Positions 18,779 through 25,689 are shown, counted from the first letter of the stretch. The stretch is 64,000 nt of DNA from Gemmatimonadota bacterium (GCA_046484665.1 JAWOIN010000180.1:333-64332); one strand, 5' to 3'. Numbers and translations are program-made. The notes: generated from the letters alone by a model not told the origin.

Positions 18779-19324
18779 TCATTCCGGCATCTCCGACGCG
18801 TCCGCGTCTTCCGCCTCATCCGCCTCCGCGGCGGCCTCGGCGGCTTCGTGCCGCAGGTACTCGAGGATGGCGCGGGCCTCTTCCCGCGTGAGATTCTGGT
18901 TGGGCATCGGCGTGTAGTACTGGGCGAGCATCGCCTTCACCTCGGGGTGGTCGCGGACCATGCCCTCGGGGTTCAGCATCATGTTCATCACGAACTCCGG
19001 AGCCCGGCGCTCCGTCACGTCGCCGAGCGGGGGGCCGACGTAGCGCTCGTCGAGCTTGTGGCAGGCCGAGCACTTCGACTGGAACGCCGCCTCGCCCCGC
19101 TCCGCGAGCGCCGCCTCGATCGGGCCGAGCTCGACTTCCGCGATGGGCCCGATCTTCCTCGCGAGCTCGGTCGCGTCTCCGCCTCCCGCGTCCGCCGTCG
19201 CGGGCGTATCGCCGGCGGCGCCCTCCGCCGCGTCTCCTCCCGCGCCCGCGTCCCCCCCGCAGGCCGCGAATCCGACCGCGGCGAGGAGGGCGAGTCCGGC
19301 GCGCGCGTTCCTCCGCTTCTTCAT
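18779..19324 (-). CDS. Monohaem c-type cytochrome, probable lipoprotein (NosC-like electron donor)
   Basis: MKKRRNARAGLALLAAVGFAAC signal/lipobox, a single CSACH haem motif, an acidic C-terminal tail, and position directly upstream of nosZ. Confidence 0.8.
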   Translation of the reverse strand: MKKRRNARAGLALLAAVGFAACGGDAGAGGDAAEGAAGDTPATADAGGGDATELARKIGPIAEVELGPIEAALAERGEAAFQSKCSACHKLDERYVGPPLGDVTERRAPEFVMNMMLNPEGMVRDHPEVKAMLAQYYTPMPNQNLTREEARAILEYLRHEAAEAAAEADEAEDADASEMPE

Positions 19325-19391
19325 CTCTCGATCTCCGTGTGGTGTGCCTCGGTTCCGACCGGTAGGCGCAGACTATCGACCCGCCCGATAA

Positions 19392-19430
19392 TTGTCAAGG
19401 ATAAGTCCGTTAAAACCTTTTCAGTTGACA
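19392..19430. promoter_or_regulatory. AT-rich divergent promoter region with TTGTCAA/TTGACA inverted arms
   Basis: TTGTCAA at 19392-19398 and TTGACA at 19425-19430 flank an unusually AT-rich stretch between the nos operon and its divergent regulator. TTGACA-N17-GATCTT-N7-ATG(19461) would give a leaderless regulator mRNA. Confidence 0.35.
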
Positions 19431-19460
19431 GGAGGCCGGAATCGGTCGATCTTGCGTGCC

Positions 19461-20144
19461 ATGGAATCCTGGATCGAGCCGAAGGTCCCCGGACTCGGGG
19501 AGACGCAGCGGAGGCTGCTCGCAGCCCTGAAGCGGAAGGGCGAGGGCACGATCTCCGAGCTCGCCGAGATGTTCGCGCTCTCCTCCGGCACGCTGCGGGA
19601 GCACATGAACGCGCTCTCCGCGCGCGGCCTCGTGGAGCGCTCGGGCAGCCGGCGCGACGGACCGGGACGCCCCGAGATCGTCTACGCCCTCACCGATCGG
19701 GGAGAGGGACTGTTCCCCCGCGGCGAGGCGGAGCTGCTCGCCGAGCTCGTCCGGCACCTGCTCGACACGGGGCAGGACGAGGTGCTCGAGCGCTTCTTCG
19801 AGGCGCGGGTCGAGGAGCGCCGCGCAGAGGCGGAGAGGCGGACCCGCGGGCTCGAGGGGGCGGCGCGCCGCGAGGCCGTGGCCCAGATCTTCACCGAGGC
19901 CGGCTTCCTCGCCGAGGTGGACGAGGACGAGGACGGGACGCCGCTGCTCCGCCTCTGCCACTGTCCGCTGCGGGCCGTGGTGGACGAGACGCACCTCCCC
20001 TGCCGCGCCGAGATCAGGCTCCTGCAGGAGCTGGTGGGCGGCGAGCTGGAGCGCGTCGAGCACATCCCCGACGGGGACTCCGCGTGCGCCTACCGGGTGG
20101 TCGAGCCGAAGAAGCCAGGCGGAAGCTCGCGGCGACGCTCTTAG
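19461..20144 (+). CDS. Winged-helix (ArsR/SufR-like) transcriptional regulator with a C-terminal four-Cys motif
   Basis: wHTH segment (ISELAEMFALSSGTLREHMNALSARGLVER...GRPEIVYALT). C-terminal LCHCPL...LPCRAE...SACAY cysteines. Start taken at MESWIEP; the ORF is open from 19392. Confidence 0.7.
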   Translation: MESWIEPKVPGLGETQRRLLAALKRKGEGTISELAEMFALSSGTLREHMNALSARGLVERSGSRRDGPGRPEIVYALTDRGEGLFPRGEAELLAELVRHLLDTGQDEVLERFFEARVEERRAEAERRTRGLEGAARREAVAQIFTEAGFLAEVDEDEDGTPLLRLCHCPLRAVVDETHLPCRAEIRLLQELVGGELERVEHIPDGDSACAYRVVEPKKPGGSSRRRS

Positions 20145-20168
20145 CGGACGCGGGACCGGCCGCTATAT
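20141..20168 (+). promoter_or_regulatory. Putative sigma-70 promoter of tRNA-Arg
   Basis: TTAGCG (20141-20146), 16 nt spacer, TATATT (20163-20168), about 10 nt before tRNA base 1. Confidence 0.4.
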
Positions 20169-20178
20169 TGGGCGGTCC

Positions 20179-20252
20179 TGGCCCCGTAGCTCAGGAGGAT
20201 AGAGCGTCGGATTCCTAATCCGAAGGTCGCTGGTTCGAGTCCAGCCGGGGTC
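20179..20252 (+). tRNA. tRNA-Arg (anticodon CCT)
   Basis: A 74-nt cloverleaf folded by hand: acceptor GGCCCCG/CGGGGTC, D arm GCTC-AGGAGGATA-GAGC, anticodon arm TCGGA-TTCCTAA-TCCGA, T arm GCTGG-TTCGAGT-CCAGC, discriminator A. No encoded CCA. Confidence 0.9.
20210..20252 (+). repeat. attL-like copy of the 43-bp direct repeat (3' half of the tRNA)
   Basis: ATTCCTAATCCGAAGGTCGCTGGTTCGAGTCCAGCCGGGGTCA is identical to 24011..24053. Confidence 0.85.
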
Positions 20253-20259
20253 ATGTCCT

Positions 20260-20431
20260 GCGCGAAGCGCAGATTCTCGTCGAGCCGTGGCGCAGGGAGT
20301 ACAATACGATCCGGCCGCACAGTTCCCTGGACTGACTACAGGTCGCCCGCTCCGCAGGCGATTCGGCCCGTCCCGACCTGGCTCAGACGACCCGTGCTGC
20401 ACGGGCCGGAACATGCCGCCAGATTAGCATA
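20260..20431 (+). pseudogene. C-terminal remnant of an IS3-family (rve/DDE) transposase
   Basis: REAQILVEPWRREYNTIRPHSSLD then a stop. After a 4-nt slip (TGAC) it continues YRSPAPQAIRP, matching the conserved W..YN..RPHSSLGYR.PAP tail of IS3 OrfB. It begins only 8 nt after the tRNA. Confidence 0.6.
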
Positions 20432-20482
20432 ATTCGTGGTGCCACTCTTGGAGGCAGGTCACTCCCGCGTCCGGGGTCGAGC

Positions 20483-22051
20483 ATGTCCGGCATCTCCCAG
20501 TACTTCCACGGGGAAGAGGGCCTGGTGACCGAGCTGGCGTGGATGCCTGCCGGGGACCAGCTTGTGCTCCGCATGGGCCTGGCGGGCGACCCCCACCGCA
20601 CGGTGGCCATCGACTACGGCTCGGACATCGGCATCGATCCCCTCCTGCGCCCGGGGGGGAGAGCCATCTACCTGCGCGCCAACGCCTGGAGCGGCATCTG
20701 GACCGCGGGGGCCCACCGCTACCATCCCGAGACGGACGCGGCCATGGCGCGGGCCCTGGAGACCCGGAGCCGGATGGAGGAGTACGGGGGGCTGGTGGGG
20801 GAAGGAGGAGCCAACCTCCGGCGGTGGCTCCAGACTCTGGCCACGGACACGGGCCTCCCCTTGCGTCCGCTCCAGCCGGGCGACCGGGTGTCCGATACTC
20901 CCCTGGACGCCGCCGGGGTGTTCCTGAGCTACTCCAGCCAGAACGCCCTCCTGGCCCAGTGGCTCTACCGCCAGCTCCGCTCCGAGGGAAACGTGGGGGT
21001 CTGGTTCGACCAGGGGCACCCGGGGGAGCACCCCGGCCACGAGGAGGGGATCGCCGCATGGCTGCGCGCCTCGGTGCAGGAGTGCCAGATCCTGGCCCTC
21101 CTCCTCACCGGCCCTGCTCTGGACTCGCCCTGGGTGCGCCGGGAGATCGAGTACGCCGAGGAGAAGGCGGAGCGGGAGCCCGGCTTCCATTTCGTGGTCC
21201 TGAAGCTCGAGGATGTCCCGCTTCCCGCGCTGCGGGCACGGTCGCGGGTAGTGGACTGCGCCGGAATGAACGAGGGGGAGATTCTCGAGAACACCTACGC
21301 CGCGGTCTACCGCAGGGAGAGCCACCGGGAGTGGATGGCCGAGCAGGGCCGACGTGGGTGGCCCGGTCACGAGGAGCCCTCCGTCGGTTACGGGCACCTG
21401 GCGTCGGCAGGGGGCACGGCTCGGGCGCTTCGGTGGCGGCGGTCGGCAGGGGAGGTGGGCTGGGAGCTGGAGTACGAGAGCGCCGGGGCCACGAAGACGG
21501 TGCGGGGAACTGGACCGGGAGAGGCCGTGGATCCCGGAATCCGCCCCGGGGACCGGATTGGGTTCTTCCAGTTCGCCCTGCACACGCCCTTGTGGATGCG
21601 CTCGGACCAGCTCTCCCTCACTCCCCAGGAGGTGATGGCGGACTATCTCCGGGCGCTGGCCGCGCCGCCGGCATCCCCTCGCCTGCGCTCGCTTGTGGCT
21701 GGCAGCTACACTTTCTTCCTTTTCCTCACGGTGGCCCTGCTTGCCGCCAGGAACGACTTTGCGCCGGGGGTGCCGTGGTGGCTGATCGGGGCCTCGGCGC
21801 TGGCGCTGGTGGCGACCGGGAGCGTGTGGCTCGTCTCCCCCGAGTGGGGGCCCCGTTCTCCCCTGTGGAGGAGCGGTACGGGGCAGGCCATCGGCTGCCT
21901 GGCCACTCTGATCAACGGGGCGGCGGCCATGGCCGTGGTGGTGCGGGCGTTCGGCGGGTGGGACGCTCCCTGGACCCTGATCCTGGGGGTCTGGCTGGCG
22001 CTCCTGGCCGGGGCGCACCTCGCCACGGCCCGCATACGGGACGATAGCTGA
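20483..22051 (+). CDS. Multidomain TIR protein: unknown N-domain, TIR domain, unknown middle domain, four C-terminal TM helices
   Basis: TIR motifs GVFLSYSSQN (aa 145-154) and ILALLLTGPALDSPWVRREIEYA (aa 203-225), with the Glu of the S.W...E motif at codon 21143-21145. Hydrophobic helices lie at aa ~405-423, 430-451, 466-488 and 495-514. Confidence 0.8.
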   Translation: MSGISQYFHGEEGLVTELAWMPAGDQLVLRMGLAGDPHRTVAIDYGSDIGIDPLLRPGGRAIYLRANAWSGIWTAGAHRYHPETDAAMARALETRSRMEEYGGLVGEGGANLRRWLQTLATDTGLPLRPLQPGDRVSDTPLDAAGVFLSYSSQNALLAQWLYRQLRSEGNVGVWFDQGHPGEHPGHEEGIAAWLRASVQECQILALLLTGPALDSPWVRREIEYAEEKAEREPGFHFVVLKLEDVPLPALRARSRVVDCAGMNEGEILENTYAAVYRRESHREWMAEQGRRGWPGHEEPSVGYGHLASAGGTARALRWRRSAGEVGWELEYESAGATKTVRGTGPGEAVDPGIRPGDRIGFFQFALHTPLWMRSDQLSLTPQEVMADYLRALAAPPASPRLRSLVAGSYTFFLFLTVALLAARNDFAPGVPWWLIGASALALVATGSVWLVSPEWGPRSPLWRSGTGQAIGCLATLINGAAAMAVVVRAFGGWDAPWTLILGVWLALLAGAHLATARIRDDS

Positions 22052-22080
22052 GTAACCTGCGATCCCTCCGCCGTCCGGGT

Positions 22081-22114
22081 ACAGGGGACCGCCCTGGAGC
22101 GGGCTGGCCCCTGT
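22081..22114. terminator. Shared hairpin between the convergent island genes
   Basis: ACAGGGG-ACCGCCC...GGGCTGG-CCCCTGT imperfect stem within the 65-bp gap between the stops at 22051 and 22117. Confidence 0.5.
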
Positions 22115-22116
22115 CC

Positions 22117-23409
22117 TTACGCCTCGATCTCCTCCACGAAGGTCTTCACGGTGCCGAGGTGGCGGGTCATGGTGGGTCCGTCCATGGCGAGCCAGTGCAC
22201 CACGTACTCGTTCTCGCCGGTGATGAAGCGCACCAGGTACCCGTGGCTGATGCCCTGCTGGAAGTGGCACTCGTGGCACAGCGCCCCACCGCGGCGCAGC
22301 ATCTCCTGGCGGGTGATGGTGGCGCCCCGGGCGGCGAGGTTCTGCTCGGTAGCCGCCCGGAAGGTCGACTCGTCCGTGACGGTGGGCTCCGAGTACTGGA
22401 ACACCATGAAGTCCAGGCGCGAGCGCCGCCGGAAAATCCCTCCCAGCCCCGAGCCGCCGCTCTCGGGCGGCCTGAGGAGGGCCGCGAAGCTGGTGGGCTG
22501 CTCCGCGAGCACCCGACAGTGCCAGGCGGGCGGCGCGCGAAAGGAGAAGGGGGAGAGCCCGGGGCAGCTCGGCCGCGTTCGCGGGGAAAGCGGGATCTCC
22601 GCCGGCGGGCCCGGGGTCCCCGCAACCTGCGCGGAACCCCCTTGGGACCGCTCCCGGGCCAGGACCGCCGCAGGTCGCTCGGGCGAGGGCAGGGTCTCGC
22701 GTTCCAGCAGGAGGAAGCGGAGGAGGGCAAGGGCGGTGGAGGTGTCCGGTACCGTGGTGGCCGACCGGAGAGAGGGCTCCCCCGCCGCGCCCACCACGAC
22801 GGTCTTGAAGGCGTAGCCCGCCTCGGTCAGGTGGAGGATCTCCTCCTGGACGAACGGGGTGATCCGGCGGGTGTCCAGGACGATGAGCGCGACCGAGCGG
22901 GCGAACGACGACACCGCGTCCCGCCAATCCACCCCGCGGTCGATGCGGAAGCAGTCGCCGGGGATCTTCATATCGGTGGCGAGGATCCCCGTCTGGAGCA
23001 GGCTCACGGGGCGGAAGGGAAGCACTGCGTCGCGGATGGCGGCCTGGAGCGAGATCTGCTCCTCGCCCGAGCTCCCCAGGACCAGGATCGAGGCGGGGAC
23101 CCTCTCTCGGGTCCACTGGCCCAGGCCCGTCACGAGGAGGAAGAGTGCTGCCAGGGCCGGGATTGGCCCTGCATCTCCCGCCCACTGGGCTGCCAGCAGG
23201 GCCAGGCCACCTCCCAGCGCCACCCACTTGAGCCGCGCGAGGGTACGGATACGCCCGGAATACCGGCCCAGGGTCCGGGTGATGGCGAGGCACTCGCGGT
23301 AGCGGTCGGCTCCCAGGACGCGGCGCTGCCGCCGGACGCTCCAGGCGCTCCAACCCAGGAGGAAGACGGCCACGATGACAGCGATGACGGAAGCGACAAC
23401 TGCGATCAT
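22117..23409 (-). CDS. 3-TM membrane protein with a cytoplasmic alpha/beta domain and an unknown C-terminal domain (partner of the TIR protein)
   Basis: GGAGGA lies 4 nt before the ATG at 23409 (MIAVVASVIAVIVAVFLLGW). TM helices at aa 1-21, 61-76 and 83-98. Beta-alpha-beta pattern SILVLGSSGEE / VALIVLDTRRITPFVQEEILHL / KTVVVGA, then a Pro-rich linker and a C-terminal ~100 aa containing CHECH. The tracked N-terminal extension to 23793 is rejected. Confidence 0.65.
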   Translation of the reverse strand: MIAVVASVIAVIVAVFLLGWSAWSVRRQRRVLGADRYRECLAITRTLGRYSGRIRTLARLKWVALGGGLALLAAQWAGDAGPIPALAALFLLVTGLGQWTRERVPASILVLGSSGEEQISLQAAIRDAVLPFRPVSLLQTGILATDMKIPGDCFRIDRGVDWRDAVSSFARSVALIVLDTRRITPFVQEEILHLTEAGYAFKTVVVGAAGEPSLRSATTVPDTSTALALLRFLLLERETLPSPERPAAVLARERSQGGSAQVAGTPGPPAEIPLSPRTRPSCPGLSPFSFRAPPAWHCRVLAEQPTSFAALLRPPESGGSGLGGIFRRRSRLDFMVFQYSEPTVTDESTFRAATEQNLAARGATITRQEMLRRGGALCHECHFQQGISHGYLVRFITGENEYVVHWLAMDGPTMTRHLGTVKTFVEEIEA

Positions 23410-23789
23410 GGTTCCTCCGGGAGCCCGTCGGTGCCCGCGAGACCCTCCGGCTCCAAACGGGGGATCTCCGGAGGGGAGATGACCTGCTCCTTGACCCTCA
23501 CGTAACGTAAGGCTGCATCTTCGCATCGGCCATCGGGGGAGGGAGCCGCCACCCGGCGGCCTCCCCGCGACCGGGCAAGGAAAGGGGAGCAGGGGCATGA
23601 GCGGCATGACCTGACCCCCTGAAACGAGACCGCCTGCACAGTTAGGATTGCGGTCGGTGCGGTGCCCACCTCGTTCATGGATCAGCTTGGGGGGCACGAC
23701 AGGAATCCAGACCCTCAGCTTAGAGGCGGACCAAACCCGGGGGGAAACGTCACTAGAGGTCCGACTGCATATGCATCCGGCAGATGTTT

Positions 23790-23882
23790 TCAACGGATGA
23801 TCATGATCTTGCAGTGATGCAAATGTCGGTCGATCAGAGCGGCCACCATCACGTCGTCGCCCAGTCCGAGCATCACTTTGCC
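23790..23882 (-). pseudogene. C-terminal remnant of an IS21-family IstB-like ATPase
   Basis: GKVMLGLGDDVMVAALIDRHLHHCKIMIIR-stop resembles the conserved IstB tail (FGD.V.A.A.LDRL.HH......G). No upstream Walker motifs remain. Confidence 0.4.
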
Positions 23883-24010
23883 CGTACTTTGACTGAGATC
23901 AGAGAAGGGAGGGCACGCGAGAGAAGGAGACAGGTGCGGAAAGGGCCGGATCGGCCCTATCTTCCGCGACGTGAGAGAAGCCGGGTCACGCCGGAGAAGG
24001 CGGGCCTGGT

Positions 24011-24053
24011 ATTCCTAATCCGAAGGTCGCTGGTTCGAGTCCAGCCGGGGTCA
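24011..24053 (+). repeat. attR-like partial tRNA copy (43 bp)
   Basis: Identical to 20210..20252. It lacks the 5' half of the tRNA, so it is not a functional tRNA. Confidence 0.85.
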
Positions 24054-24097
24054 CTGTGGCGAACGCCACCGCTCCTCTCGATCCGAAAGGTCGGTAC

Positions 24098-24589
24098 ATG
24101 CGACTGGCTTTCCTCTGCGTCACGGTCGGAATGCTCACGCTCGCCGCGTGCGGGGACGACGATCCGACCGGGCCCGCGGCCCCGAACCTGGTCGGCGCCT
24201 ACGACGGGACGTGGACGGTGACGGTGGAAGGGCCGGGGCTCGAGACGACCACGCAGGTCTGCGCGGGCACGGTCATGGTCACCGACCAGTCGGGAGGGGT
24301 CTTCGAGGGCACCTTCTCCCAGTCCGCGAGCGAGGACTGCGAGGCCGGGAGCGGCTTCGTCACGGGCACCGTCGCGGCGGACGGCGCGGTCTCGCTGCTG
24401 CTCGGCGCGTCCGGGGGTGGCGGGCCCGCGTTCGAGGAATCGACGGGGTGCACACTCCTGTCGGCCGACGATCGGTATTCCGGCTCCTACGCGGAGGGGG
24501 CGCTGTCGTTCGAGACCAGCCTGACCGCGCAGTGCCCGGAGTCCGGGAGCGTCACCGTGGTCTGGACGTTCGCCTTCGCCGGATCGTAG
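24098..24589 (+). CDS. Lipoprotein of unknown function
   Basis: ATG at 24098 gives MRLAFLCVTVGMLTLAAC, a lipobox. Its last ~56 codons are duplicated as a decayed copy at 31124..31327. Confidence 0.7.
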   Translation: MRLAFLCVTVGMLTLAACGDDDPTGPAAPNLVGAYDGTWTVTVEGPGLETTTQVCAGTVMVTDQSGGVFEGTFSQSASEDCEAGSGFVTGTVAADGAVSLLLGASGGGGPAFEESTGCTLLSADDRYSGSYAEGALSFETSLTAQCPESGSVTVVWTFAFAGS

Positions 24590-24622
24590 GCGACATCGCG
24601 ACCGGACGGGAGCCCGGGTGTC
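24419..24622 (+). repeat. Left copy of a ~204-bp direct repeat (3' end of the lipoprotein gene plus 33 bp)
   Basis: Aligns without indels to 31124..31327 with about 17 mismatches, counted by eye. Confidence 0.8.
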
Positions 24623-24652
24623 CCGGAGCCAGGCCGGCGGCACTCCTGCCCA

Positions 24653-25361
24653 TCACGCCGTCTGCTCACCCATGGACATGGTATCACGGGCCGGATCGAT
24701 GGCACGGCAGCGTGCACGCGCGGTGACGTCCCTCGCGTCTTCGATCCCGGCGGTGGCGTGCATGTGCGCGTGCTGCCTGGCCCGCACGATGCGCCAGCCG
24801 GTCGCGCCGAGGATAAGCGACGCGGCGATCCCGACGGCGATGTTCGCGAAGTGCCCGACCCACGCGACGATCCCGGCCACTTCCGCCGAGAACAGGTAGC
24901 CGGCCGCCGCGTAGAAGCCCGCCCAGGCCAGGAGGGCCACGCCGTCCACGAGCACGAACGCGCGGGCGCGGATGCCCGCCAGGCCGCTGGCCGCCGCGAT
25001 GAGGTTCCCCGTTCCGGGCAGGAACTTCGAGGGAAGCACGTACAGCGGGCCGACCCGGCGAACCCTCGCGGTCACCCGGACGACGCAGGCACCGGGATTC
25101 GACGTCAGGTTGCAGGCCGTGTCCACGAGACCGGGACCACGCCACCGCGTGAGCCCGTACCAGGTCAGGTCGGCGGCCAGCCCTCCGCGCGGCCGCGCTG
25201 AGCACGACGAGGGGCAGGGAGAGATCGCCCGTGGCGACGGCGGCGCCCGCGAGGACCAGGACCGGAACGCTGGCCACCGGAAGCCTGATGAATTCGATGA
25301 ACCCGAGCAGCACCAGCAGCGGATATCCCCAGCCGTGCAGCAGGTCTCCGATGGCCCCCAT
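24653..25361 (-). pseudogene. DedA/VTT-family membrane protein interrupted by a frameshift
   Basis: The N-terminal part (MGAIGDLLHGWGYPLLVLLGFIEFIRLPVASVPVLVLAGAAVATGDLSLPLVVLSAA) is in the frame of ORF 24684..25361. The remainder (GGLAADLTWYGL...YVLPSKFLPGTGNLIAAASGLAG...) is in the frame of ORF 24653..25126. The frame switch is near 25190-25200. Confidence 0.65.
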
Positions 25362-25689
25362 GATCCCCTCCCCTCGTCGTCCCGATGGCCAGCCCTCCAG
25401 CGAGCTTCACCCGGGAGAACCGGGAAGGGGCTCCGTTCGTGCCCGACGGCGCATCGGCGGACCCGCGCCGCCGGTTTCGCCGGGCGCGGGCCCGCGGCCG
25501 TGAGGCTGCCCGGACGTTCACGTCCCCGGCCGCTCCTTCCTGCATTGTCGCCGGATCGGGGATCGCGCAGGTTTCCGATCGTCGGGAGGTCGGAAGATTC
25601 CGCTGCGGGAACCTCGGCGGCCGCGGATCCGGTTTCGTCGACGGAAGAACGCCCGCAGGAGACGTCATGAGGTCATCGCACGGAAGGGT

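Larger units (their letters stand above)
20253..24053. mobile_element. Decayed tRNA-integrated genomic islet (~3.8 kb), no integrase retained
   Basis: Bounded by the perfect 43-bp tRNA 3'-half repeat. Contains IS3 and IS21 gene remnants, a lower-GC non-coding stretch at 23410-24010, and a cargo gene pair whose codon preferences look different by eye (GGG/GCC/CCC/CTG) from its neighbours (GGC/GCG/CCG/CGC). Confidence 0.7.

Noticed and set aside
13475-18917. Long shadow ORFs across the nos cluster (14458..15954, 15467..17029, 15561..16760, 16689..18917, 16723..18669) and the N-terminal 280 aa of ORF 13475..15106.
   Set aside because: They have no motifs and a biased RPGA composition, and each overlaps a nos gene with strong signatures. 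NosF was re-started at the GTG at 14251.
23766-23775. Perfect 10-bp palindrome TGCATATGCA in the islet's non-coding stretch.
   Set aside because: It is short, occurs once, and has no associated gene or repeat partner, so it may be chance or debris.
20424-23793. ORFs 20459..23353 (964 aa, minus), 20539..22047 and 22159..23505, plus the N-terminal extension of ORF 22117..23793.
   Set aside because: These are shadow frames of the TIR gene and its partner. The extension upstream of 23409 has no RBS, runs through the lower-GC non-coding stretch, and precedes a clear GGAGGA-ATG start.
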